From Candidatus Omnitrophota bacterium (GTDB taxonomy: Bacteria; Omnitrophota; Gorgyraeia; Gygaellales; Profunditerraquicolaceae), in the NCBI GenBank assembly GCA_043807505.1, contig JAZDFW010000038.1, positions 1 through 59,914 of the forward strand: a DNA stretch of 59,914 nt, given 5' to 3'. How positions within the stretch are numbered: position 1 is the first letter of the stretch; every line of letters starts with the position of its first letter. The translations under genes and the position numbers were made by a program. Below are positions 50,602 to 58,980 of this stretch, in pieces. The notes under the pieces were generated by a model. That model worked only from the letters and a program-made list of their open reading frames with translations. It had not been told where the DNA came from and ran no database searches.

Positions 50602-51207
50602 CTAATCTATTACACCTTTTGTTGATGGAACACCTTGCCGGCGGGGATCAATTTGCGTGGCTAGATCTAAAGCAATACCTAAAGCCTTAAAGATAGGTTC
50701 AACAGTTGCGTGTAAATCCTGGCTTGGATTTTCTAACTTTACATTAAGATTCATGCCCAGTTGTTTAGCAAATGCCTCAAAGAAATGCTCTGCATATTTA
50801 AAATTGTATCCATCTTGAGTTTTAGGATGTTTCAGGGCAGCCTCTCCAACAACTAATTTATATGAACCCCGGCCGCTGATATCAACTGTTACATTTGCAG
50901 TTACCTCTTCCATGGGCACTGAAGCAAAACCGATTCTTTTTATGCCGGCCTTATCAAGCAAAGCCTCTTTAAAAACTTGGCCTAAAACAATCCCTAAATC
51001 TTCATTAGTATGATGTATATCTACCTTAAAATCAGCCTGATTAGTCTTAATATCCAAATCAAAATGGCCCCAGAAAGCAAATAACTCCAACATATGGTCG
51101 AGAAATCCGATACCTGAATTTATCTTGGCTATCCCGCTGCCGTCAATATTAAGTTTAATTGTGATATCGGTTTCTTTACTTTTTCTTGATTTTCGCGCTT
51201 CTCTCAT
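50602..51207 (-). CDS. hisB: imidazoleglycerol-phosphate dehydratase (start at MREARKSRKSKETDI)
   Basis: SRKSKETDITIKLNIDGSG IGPD N-terminus. ATG 51207-51205 is preceded by AAGGAGA. The longer ORF-track start is a TTG inside the repeat region. Confidence 0.9.
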   Translation of the reverse strand: MREARKSRKSKETDITIKLNIDGSGIAKINSGIGFLDHMLELFAFWGHFDLDIKTNQADFKVDIHHTNEDLGIVLGQVFKEALLDKAGIKRIGFASVPMEEVTANVTVDISGRGSYKLVVGEAALKHPKTQDGYNFKYAEHFFEAFAKQLGMNLNVKLENPSQDLHATVEPIFKALGIALDLATQIDPRRQGVPSTKGVID

Positions 51208-51231
51208 TTTTCTCCTTGAGCACAAAAAATT

Positions 51232-51309
51232 TTTGTTTAGCGAAATCCCGTGAGTGCACCGAAATTATCGTAGAGAATTTCGGTGTGATTACGAAACGGG
51301 ATAAACAAA
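51232..51309 (+). repeat. nested-hairpin element related to the right-type module (unit D)
   Basis: TTTGTTTA-gcgaa-ATCCCG-tgagtg-CACCGAAATT-atcgtagag-AATTTCGGTG-tgattacgaaa-CGGGAT-AAACAAA. Shares the ATCCCG...CGGGATAA termini and an A/T-tract inner hairpin with units A2 and B. Confidence 0.55.
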
Positions 51310-51336
51310 AACCTCTGGCGCTTATTATTTATTTAA

Positions 51337-51355
51337 CTCCACACTCTGTGTGGAG
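51337..51355 (-). terminator. 8-bp stem / 3-nt loop hairpin just downstream of the hisD stop (weak terminator or processing candidate)
   Basis: CTCCACAC-tct-GTGTGGAG. On the minus strand it is followed by UUAAAUAAAUAAU. Confidence 0.3.
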
Positions 51356-51366
51356 TCTTCAATTTT

Positions 51367-52593
51367 TTAAATGAACCTCGCCTTGACCGAATCCAAATGT
51401 CTACTCATGCCCTCAATAGCGGCGATTTTTTCTAAAGGTTCTTTAATTCGTTCAAGCGCTTTCTTAGAATAGCTGATTATATGGTTACTCCTGGTAAAAT
51501 CAGATACGGATAATCCTGAGAAAAACCTGGCGGTCCCTGAAGTAGGAAGCACATGGCTAGGCCCTGCAACATAATCGCCTACGGCAGCCGGGCTATAAGG
51601 CCCTAAAAATATCGCGCCGGCATTTCTAATGCCTTTGACTAATTTTCGCGGATTCTGCACTAAAATCTCCAAATGTTCCGGTGCAATTTTATTGGCAATC
51701 TCAACTGCTTCTTGTAAATTCCCTGTCAAAATAATGGAACCGTGGCTGTCCGGGCATTGAGATTTTATTTCCTTTGCCAATGCCTTGGAATTTGTAATTA
51801 ATATGGCCAGGCCTCCTGCGTGTTCTGCCTGAGCTTTTAAATCTGCGATAATATACTTAGGTTCGCTGTGACGATTTGCAATAATCACCAGTTCCGTAGG
51901 GCCCGCAATCATATCGATATCGACATAGCCAAACACCTGCCTTTTTGCTTCGCTGACATAGGCGTTACCGGGGCCGACAATTTTATCAACCCGTGGTATG
52001 GTTTTTGTGCCATATGCTAAAGCAGCAATTCCCTGCGCGCCTCCAACTCTATAAATCTCATCTACTTTCAAAAGGTCGGCAACGACAAGGATATGCGGAT
52101 TAATAAAACCGTTTTTATCGGGGGGGCTGATTAAAACTATTTTTTTTACGCCTGCGATTTTCGCCGGAAGCACTGTCATATAAACCGTAGAAACTAAAGG
52201 CGCTGTTCCCGCGGGAATATAGATACCCACCCTCTCAAGAGGCGTGAATTTTTCGCCTAAAACAACGCCATCGCTGTCTTTCATCGACCATGATTTCTTT
52301 ATGGTCTTTCTATAAAATTTGTTTACATTTTCAATTACAACTTTTAAACTAGAAACAAAATTCGGAGTAATATTCTGGTAGGCGCCGCTTATTTCTATCT
52401 CAGAAACCTTTAATTGACGCAAGGACATTTTAACGCCGTCAAACTTTTTGGTATATTTTAATAAAGCATCATCCCCGGCAAAACGCACATCCTCGAGAAT
52501 AGTTTTTACTTTCTCTTCAACCCTCTTTGACCGGCCGAAGGAACGGTTATAAATCTTTTCCAATTTTTTACTTGAAGAACGTATAATTTTCAT
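51367..52593 (-). CDS. hisD: histidinol dehydrogenase
   Basis: 408 aa with HisD family motifs (AGPTE, QAEH, SVSDF). Confidence 0.92.
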   Translation of the reverse strand: MKIIRSSSKKLEKIYNRSFGRSKRVEEKVKTILEDVRFAGDDALLKYTKKFDGVKMSLRQLKVSEIEISGAYQNITPNFVSSLKVVIENVNKFYRKTIKKSWSMKDSDGVVLGEKFTPLERVGIYIPAGTAPLVSTVYMTVLPAKIAGVKKIVLISPPDKNGFINPHILVVADLLKVDEIYRVGGAQGIAALAYGTKTIPRVDKIVGPGNAYVSEAKRQVFGYVDIDMIAGPTELVIIANRHSEPKYIIADLKAQAEHAGGLAILITNSKALAKEIKSQCPDSHGSIILTGNLQEAVEIANKIAPEHLEILVQNPRKLVKGIRNAGAIFLGPYSPAAVGDYVAGPSHVLPTSGTARFFSGLSVSDFTRSNHIISYSKKALERIKEPLEKIAAIEGMSRHLDSVKARFI

Positions 52594-52595
52594 CT

Positions 52596-55202
52596 TTATT
52601 CCCCTAATATATCTATAAGCTTACTAAAGGCCGCTTGAAGATTTTCAGGCTTGGTGCCGCCGGCCTGAGCAAAATCTTTTCTTCCTCCGCCGCTACCGCC
52701 GATTTCCAAAGCAATCCTTCGAACAAGGATAGATGCATCTATGCCTTTCTGGACTAAATCCTCTGTAACTCCCATGACTAACAAAGCTCTTCCCTGATTA
52801 TTGCACCCGAGGCCAATAACACAATTATCTGTCTTTTCTTTAATTAAATCAACTGTCTTTCTTAATAAATTCATATCCAGATTATCCATAATTTTAGTAA
52901 TAACTTTTTTATCTTTTATTGTCAGGGCATTCTGAATCAATAAATCAACAGAAGCCTTAGCGCTGTCTGTTTTTTGCAAATTAAATTGTTTCTCTAGTTC
53001 TTTTATGCGCGATAAGCGTTTTTGTAATTCAAGTGTCAATTTTTCAGCTGGTGTATTCAAAATCGCGGAAATTTCATTTATGGCTGACTCATGGTTTTTT
53101 ATGACACAATAAGCAGGCATACCAACAACTGCTTCAATTCTTCTGACGCCGCTTGCAACCGAACCTTCATGGATAATCTTAAACAAGCCGATTTGGCTGG
53201 TAAAATCAAGATGCGTGCCACCGCAAAATTCCTTTGAAATATTAGCTATACAGACCACACGGACTTGACCGCTATATTTTTCTCCGAAAAGTGCCAAAGC
53301 ACCGGTTTTCTTAGCCGAACTTAATGGCATTTCTCTTGCTTTAAGCTTGTAATTATCCAAAATATACTTATTTACTTCCTCTTCCACTCTATCAAGCTCT
53401 TCCTGACTCATATCTTTAAAATGGGTAAAGTCAAAACGCAATCTTTCTTCAGTTACTAAGGATCCTTGCTGTTTAACGTGTTTTCCCAGGACGTTACGCA
53501 AAGCTGCCTGTAAAAGATGCGTAGCGGTATGATTTCTGGCAATAGCAAGCCTACGCTCAAGGTCAACCCGAGCCATAACTTCATCACCGGACTTAAAGCT
53601 TCCCTCTTTTACAATCCCCGTATGCACAATTACTTTATCTTGTTTTTGCGTGTCTTGAACCTGAAAAACATTTTTTCCTTTAATGATTATGCCCGTATCG
53701 CCAACTTGCCCGCCGCTCTCCGCATAAAATACTGTCTTATCAAGAATAATCTTTGCTTGATCGGCTTTGGTAATTTTTTTAACCTGCGAATTATCTTTTA
53801 CGATTCTTAATATTTTTGCCTTTGTCTGGGCCTTAGTATAACCTAAAAACTTAGTCTCCTTTGTGCCCAAATGCAGTTCTTTTATACTAAACACATCGCC
53901 TTTCATTGCGCTTTGCGATTTCGAGCGTGACTTTTGCTGCTCCAGTTCCTCTTGAAAAGCCTCAAGCATAATTTCAATCTTATTTTTATCCAACCAATCT
54001 TTCGTCAACTCAAAAGGAATCCCATAAGTATCGTAAAGCTGAAAAGCGATTTCTCCGGCTATCCGAGGATTACCTTGTTTCATTAGGTCCTTAAATTTAT
54101 CCTGAAACAAATGATTGCTAGAATTAAGCGTAGTAATAAAACCGTTTTCTTCCGCGAGAATAATTTGCGCGATATCCTCCTGCCGCTGTTTCAACTCCGG
54201 GTAAGAAACCTGCATAATTTTGGTTAAAACCGAAACCAGCCTATAAAGAAACGGCTCTTTTATCTCCAAGGCGCGTAAATGCATGCTACATTTTCGGATC
54301 AGCTTCCTTACCACATAGCCCCGCGCCTCATTAGAAGGAAGCACTCCGTCATAAATAGCAAAACTAATCGCGCGGATATGATCAGCTACAGCATAGGTTA
54401 ATTCTTTTGTGTTGTTTTTTGCATGAGCGTTAATCTCTTTAATTAACGGCTGGAATAATTCAGTTTCAAAATTATTCCGCACTCCCTGCATTACCGCCGT
54501 TAATCTTTCCAGCCCCATGCCTGTATCGATATTTTTCTTTGGTAACGGCTCTAAAATCCCGTCTTCGCCGCGGTTATACTGGGTAAAAACCAGGTTCCAA
54601 ATCTCTGAAAACCTGCCACAGCCGCAAGACGGATCGCAGAAATTTTGTTTACATCCGATATCTTCTCCGAAATCAAAAAATATTTCGGAACACGGCCCGC
54701 ACGGGCCATTGGGCCCTTCGACTTTAGCGTCTGCCGGCCAAAAATTATCATGATCGCCAAGCTTAATAATTTTATTTTTAGGCACTCCGATTTTGTCCAG
54801 CCAAATTTTATAAGAGTCATCATCATCTTTATAAACCGATATCCAAAGTTTATTTTTATCTATATTTAATTCTTCAGTCAAGAATTCCCATGCCCAGCTG
54901 ATTGCTTCATCTTTAAAATAATCGCCGAAAGAAAAATTCCCCAACATTTCAAAGAACGTATGATGCGAGGAAGTTTTACCTACTTTCTCCAAATCATCAG
55001 TACGCAGGCATCTTTGAGACGAGGCAGCGCGGGAAAAATCGGTAATTGCCCCAAGAAATTGTTTTTTAAATTGGTTCATACCGGCCGGAGTAAACAAAAC
55101 AGTAGGGTCATCCCGGGGTACAAGAGAATCGCTTTCCACAACTTTGTGTTTCTTAGCCTTGAAAAATGCGAGAAACTTACCGCGTAATATATCTGCTGTC
55201 AT
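52596..55202 (-). CDS. alaS: alanine--tRNA ligase
   Basis: HHTFFEMLGNFSFGDYF class II motif, HTATHLL editing-domain motif, and a C-terminal DHHA1-like region. Confidence 0.96.
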   Translation of the reverse strand: MTADILRGKFLAFFKAKKHKVVESDSLVPRDDPTVLFTPAGMNQFKKQFLGAITDFSRAASSQRCLRTDDLEKVGKTSSHHTFFEMLGNFSFGDYFKDEAISWAWEFLTEELNIDKNKLWISVYKDDDDSYKIWLDKIGVPKNKIIKLGDHDNFWPADAKVEGPNGPCGPCSEIFFDFGEDIGCKQNFCDPSCGCGRFSEIWNLVFTQYNRGEDGILEPLPKKNIDTGMGLERLTAVMQGVRNNFETELFQPLIKEINAHAKNNTKELTYAVADHIRAISFAIYDGVLPSNEARGYVVRKLIRKCSMHLRALEIKEPFLYRLVSVLTKIMQVSYPELKQRQEDIAQIILAEENGFITTLNSSNHLFQDKFKDLMKQGNPRIAGEIAFQLYDTYGIPFELTKDWLDKNKIEIMLEAFQEELEQQKSRSKSQSAMKGDVFSIKELHLGTKETKFLGYTKAQTKAKILRIVKDNSQVKKITKADQAKIILDKTVFYAESGGQVGDTGIIIKGKNVFQVQDTQKQDKVIVHTGIVKEGSFKSGDEVMARVDLERRLAIARNHTATHLLQAALRNVLGKHVKQQGSLVTEERLRFDFTHFKDMSQEELDRVEEEVNKYILDNYKLKAREMPLSSAKKTGALALFGEKYSGQVRVVCIANISKEFCGGTHLDFTSQIGLFKIIHEGSVASGVRRIEAVVGMPAYCVIKNHESAINEISAILNTPAEKLTLELQKRLSRIKELEKQFNLQKTDSAKASVDLLIQNALTIKDKKVITKIMDNLDMNLLRKTVDLIKEKTDNCVIGLGCNNQGRALLVMGVTEDLVQKGIDASILVRRIALEIGGSGGGRKDFAQAGGTKPENLQAAFSKLIDILGE

Positions 55203-55204
55203 GA

Positions 55205-55672
55205 TTATAATTTATTTAACACTTCCCTTACAATTTCGCTAGAGTAACCGCGGCGTAATAGATATGTATACAGCCGAAACTTTGCTTTTTGCGCTTGTAT
55301 TCCTTTTAACTTTTCGAATCTTTCTCGGACAATTTTTTTAACGATATCTAGTTCAATGTAGCCCTTTTTTACTTCCTCAAGCTCGGCATCGATAATTTTC
55401 TTATCTATGCCTTTTAAACTTAACTCTTGCCGCAGCCTTCTTAAACCTAATGGTTTTCTAATTCGGCTTTCAATCCAAGCCTTGGCAAAAGCTTGGTCAT
55501 CAATAAATTTTCTTTCTTTTAAAAATTCTATTGTTTCTTTTATTACCTGTTCATCGAATTTCTTTTCTTTTAGCCGCTGGGTAATTTCTTTTTCGCTTCT
55601 CAGGCGGAATTTCAGCAGCAAAAAAGCATACTCTTTTCCTTTTTCTAGAGATTCGGGCTTATTTTTTTTCAC
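55205..55672 (-). CDS. recX: recombination regulator RecX
   Basis: 155-aa helical-repeat protein with YAFLLLKFRLRSEKE... and FIDDQAFAKAW RecX patterns. Upstream of alaS. Confidence 0.8.
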   Translation of the reverse strand: MKKNKPESLEKGKEYAFLLLKFRLRSEKEITQRLKEKKFDEQVIKETIEFLKERKFIDDQAFAKAWIESRIRKPLGLRRLRQELSLKGIDKKIIDAELEEVKKGYIELDIVKKIVRERFEKLKGIQAQKAKFRLYTYLLRRGYSSEIVREVLNKL

Positions 55673-57137
55673 TGCTCTCTTTGACTATAAAGAATCCGCG
55701 TGAAGTCCGAACTAATACATTACCTTTTAAGGCTTTGGTAGCTTTTTCGTAATCTAAAATATTCTTTATAGGTTTCTTGTTTATTTCTAAGATCACATCC
55801 CCTGTGGTTAACCCTGCGTCACTAGCTTCCGAATTCGGCTCAACATCTACTACCACTACCCCGCTTTTTTCTTCTATTTGAAAACGCTTAGCAATCTCGG
55901 GGGTTATGTTTTCAATTATTAAACCTCTCCATTTACCAGTTTCCAATTCAATTCCCTGCTCTTCTACTTGGGCAGCCTGCGGCCGCTCTCCAATTACAAG
56001 ATCCAAAATTAACGGCCTCTTATCACGTAATACACTTACTTTTACATGGCGGCCTACTTCAAATTTTCCCACAACGCTTAATAATTCTCTCACATTATTA
56101 ATTGCGGCGCTATCTATGAATTTAATAATATCTCCCTCTTTCATACCTGCTTTTTTAGCAGGATTATCCTCTAAAACCTTGGCTACTAATACGCCATTTT
56201 TATCCGGCAGGCCAAAATGCTGCATGAGATCATCGTTTAAATCCTGCACAGTTATGCCAAACCAGCCATAAACTATTTTTTTACCCTCAATTAGGCGCGA
56301 GATAATTCTTTTTGCGGTATTGATGGGAATCGCAAAACCTATCCCCTGATATCCTCCGGTAGTGGAAAATATTGCCACGTTAATTCCTATTACTTGCCCC
56401 TTAAGATCCACAAGCGGACCTCCGGAATTACCCGGATTAATCGCTGCATCTGTCTGGATCAAATCGCCGTAATCCCTATCCTGACTAAGTGCCCTTCCTA
56501 AAGAACGATGGAGCGCGCTGATTACTCCTGCGGTTACGGTCGGTTCAGGATTCTGCATCGCAAAACTGTAAGGATTACCAATAGCTACAACCCATTGCCC
56601 GATCCTTATGTTATCCGAATCCCCCAGCTTTGCTACCGGAAGATTATGGGCGTTTATTTTAATTACCGCCAAGTCTGAACGGGAATCCCTACCCTTGATC
56701 TGGCCGCTAAACTCCCTTCCGTCAGATAATGTTACAGTTACTTTATCCGCATCATTAATTACATGTTCATTTGTTAAAATAAACCCTTCATTATTAATAA
56801 TTACACCGGAGCCAAGCCCCATTTTCTTATATTCCCTGTCAGGTATTGCCCCAAAAAAATCATCAAAAAATTTACGAAAATTCTCGTCCTCTCCGAAAGG
56901 CGAACCATATGGCTGGTTATAATAAAGTTTTCTTCCTTTTATCTTTTCTGTATGCTCCGTGCTAATTGAAACAACTGCCTTACCGGTTAGATCAGCAACA
57001 TTAATTACTGCCTCTTCCATATACTGCCCTTCAGCAGAAACAGGCGCTGATGTATTACTTGCCGCGCCAAAAGCTAAACCAATTGTTAAACCTATAAAAA
57101 AAGTTAAACCGAGAATTGAAAATAATCTTCTTTTCAT
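55659..57137 (-). CDS. htrA: periplasmic serine endoprotease HtrA/DegP family, two PDZ domains
   Basis: Signal/TM N-terminus. Catalytic triad segments LTNEHV, RSDLAVIK and GNSGGPLVD. Confidence 0.9.
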   Translation of the reverse strand: MKRRLFSILGLTFFIGLTIGLAFGAASNTSAPVSAEGQYMEEAVINVADLTGKAVVSISTEHTEKIKGRKLYYNQPYGSPFGEDENFRKFFDDFFGAIPDREYKKMGLGSGVIINNEGFILTNEHVINDADKVTVTLSDGREFSGQIKGRDSRSDLAVIKINAHNLPVAKLGDSDNIRIGQWVVAIGNPYSFAMQNPEPTVTAGVISALHRSLGRALSQDRDYGDLIQTDAAINPGNSGGPLVDLKGQVIGINVAIFSTTGGYQGIGFAIPINTAKRIISRLIEGKKIVYGWFGITVQDLNDDLMQHFGLPDKNGVLVAKVLEDNPAKKAGMKEGDIIKFIDSAAINNVRELLSVVGKFEVGRHVKVSVLRDKRPLILDLVIGERPQAAQVEEQGIELETGKWRGLIIENITPEIAKRFQIEEKSGVVVVDVEPNSEASDAGLTTGDVILEINKKPIKNILDYEKATKALKGNVLVRTSRGFFIVKESSEKK

Positions 57138-57152
57138 ATTTTCTCCTTTCGA

Positions 57153-58175
57153 TTAACCCAGCGTGATTTTCTTTCTGATTTCTTTTTCTAAATCTTCCAG
57201 TGATTTCGGCTTTTCTTTTAATAATTTTATCGCTGCTTCCCTGCCTTGGCCGAGCTTCTCGCCTTTATAAGAAAGCCAAGTCCCGGATTTTTCAATTATG
57301 CCTTGAGCAACAGCAGTATCCACCATATTATTAACCCTGGCAATACCTTCGTTATGTAAAATTTCAAACTCTGCCTCTTTAAAAGGAGGCGCCACCTTAT
57401 TTTTTACGACCCTTGCCCGCACTCTATTACCAATCACCTCGTCGCCAGATTTTAAAGTTTGAATTTTTCTTAAATCAAGCCTAACCGAAGAATAAAATTT
57501 AAGCGCCCTGCCACCGGTAGTAGTTTCAGGGCTGCCAAACATCACACCGATTTTTTCTCTCAACTGGTTAATAAAAATCATGCAGGTGCGGGATTTGCTA
57601 ATCGCTCCGGTTAATTTACGCAATGCCTGTGACATAAGGCGTGCCTGCAGCCCCATGTGCGAATCTCCCATTTCGCCTTCGATTTCAGCGCGCGGGGTAA
57701 GGGCTGCTACGGAATCAATTACAACTAAATCTACGGCATTTGAACGTATGAGTGTCTCGGCAATCTCTAATGCTTGTTCACCGGTATCAGGCTGTGAAAT
57801 CAAAAGGTCATCTAGATTTACTCCGATAATCTTGGCATAAGTAGAATCAAAAGCGTGTTCCGCATCAATAAATGCCGCAACCCCGTTTTTTTTCTGAATT
57901 TCTTTAATCACGCTTAAAGTAAGGGTTGTCTTTCCTGATGCTTCAGGGCCGAATATTTCGATAATCCTGCCGCGGGGGAGGCCGCCGACGCCGAGTGCCA
58001 CATCTAATCCAATTGCACCTGTAGGTATTGCGTCAACATCCGCTTTTGCTTGGCCGCCAAGCTTCATAATTGAGCCTTTACCAAACTGTTTTTCTATCTG
58101 GGCAAGTGCTAATTCTAACGCTTTATGACGATTAGATAAATCTACCGCTTCATCTTTTTTCTTTTCTGTAACCAT
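57153..58175 (-). CDS. recA: recombinase RecA
   Basis: GPEASGKTT Walker A and [22 protein letters not shown]. Confidence 0.97.
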   Translation of the reverse strand: MVTEKKKDEAVDLSNRHKALELALAQIEKQFGKGSIMKLGGQAKADVDAIPTGAIGLDVALGVGGLPRGRIIEIFGPEASGKTTLTLSVIKEIQKKNGVAAFIDAEHAFDSTYAKIIGVNLDDLLISQPDTGEQALEIAETLIRSNAVDLVVIDSVAALTPRAEIEGEMGDSHMGLQARLMSQALRKLTGAISKSRTCMIFINQLREKIGVMFGSPETTTGGRALKFYSSVRLDLRKIQTLKSGDEVIGNRVRARVVKNKVAPPFKEAEFEILHNEGIARVNNMVDTAVAQGIIEKSGTWLSYKGEKLGQGREAAIKLLKEKPKSLEDLEKEIRKKITLG

Positions 58176-58209
58176 AAAAACCTCCGATTTTAGTTGAAAT
58201 TAGATTATT

Positions 58210-58238
58210 ATTATATCCTAGCTATTTTTGACTGTCAA
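58210..58238 (-). promoter_or_regulatory. consensus sigma70-type promoter upstream of recA
   Basis: Minus strand TTGACA-17 nt-TATAAT, both hexamers perfect. The -10 lies about 35 nt upstream of the recA ATG. Confidence 0.6.
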
Positions 58239-58319
58239 ACGAAATTACCTTCTGGTATGGTACCTCCTTCCTACTAACAATAGACGTAGAAAAAAGAAAA
58301 ATCTAACACAGAAAGTGTA

Positions 58320-58369
58320 AAGAAAAGGGGACGTTTCTCTTTTCCAAAAGAGAAACGTCCCCTTTTCTT
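58320..58369. terminator. 24-bp perfect inverted repeat (bidirectional intrinsic-terminator-like hairpin) downstream of hicA
   Basis: AAGAAAAGGGGACGTTTCTCTTTT-cc-AAAAGAGAAACGTCCCCTTTTCTT. Flanked by GTTTTT on the + strand and UUACACUUUCU on the minus strand. Confidence 0.6.
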
Positions 58370-58382
58370 GTTTTTCGCACTA

Positions 58383-58592
58383 TTATATAAGTTCCCTAAA
58401 CTGCTCATCAGTAAGACAAGCGTCTTTAATTATTCCTTTGAGGGTATAGGGGTTAATCCGTTTATGGCGGGGAATGGTTAAATGACGAGTGCCATCAGAC
58501 ATGCCAATGTGCTTACTTTGGCGAATAATCCTAAATCCAGCTTTAGATAATGCATTAACTACGCGCTCAGAAGAAAGGCCGCTAAATTGCAT
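58383..58592 (-). CDS. hicA: HicA/YcfA-like mRNA interferase toxin (69 aa)
   Basis: Pattern ...KAGFRIIRQSKHIGMS...LTIPRHKRINPYTLKGIIKDACL matches the HicA fold motif (RQxGSH...TxPxH...TLxxIxxxAG). Its start overlaps the upstream gene stop (TAATG). Confidence 0.65.
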   Translation of the reverse strand: MQFSGLSSERVVNALSKAGFRIIRQSKHIGMSDGTRHLTIPRHKRINPYTLKGIIKDACLTDEQFRELI

Positions 58593-58786
58593 TAAACGGC
58601 AACCTCGACTTCATAGAGAGACCCCTTTTCTTCATCAGATATCATTTCGAGATAGGTATGAATTGCATCCTTAATATTCTCCAATGCCTCTTCCAATGTA
58701 TCACCTTGGCTGTGACAGCCGGGCAGAAGCGGGCAATGAATATCATAACCATATTCACTCTTATGCGCAACAACAGGATATTTCAT
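58592..58786 (-). CDS. hicB: HicB-like (UPF0150) antitoxin, N-terminal domain only (64 aa)
   Basis: MKYPVVAHKSEYGYDIHCPLLPGCHSQGDTLEEALENIKDAIHTYLE is the typical HicB partial RNase-H-like fold motif. RBS GGAGGTG. Confidence 0.65.
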   Translation of the reverse strand: MKYPVVAHKSEYGYDIHCPLLPGCHSQGDTLEEALENIKDAIHTYLEMISDEEKGSLYEVEVAV

Positions 58787-58980
58787 TTTATTTTCACCTC
58801 CGGAATAAAGATTACCACAATATTGGATTATTTACAATATCTTCTTACGATCCTTGTTACCTTCATACCTGCAAAAGAACTATAATAATCAACACCAGAC
58901 ACTTTACCGGTTGTATGCCTTACTCTTCTCTCCTCGCCGCAATCCTGGCAATACCTATCTGTAGCTAAAGCTATCGCTCT

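Noticed and set aside
52593-52596. T-box, attenuator or riboswitch leaders for alaS, the his genes or trpE
   Set aside because: The relevant junctions are 0-3 nt (hisD/alaS, hisI/trpE), which leaves no room. The his operon 5' end (alaS-hisD) is contiguous.
58176-58319. LexA/SOS box or a small leader ORF upstream of recA (the AGGAAGGAGG string at about 58262-58272)
   Set aside because: No palindrome resembling known LexA operators was found by eye. The RBS-like string is not followed by a start codon with an open frame.
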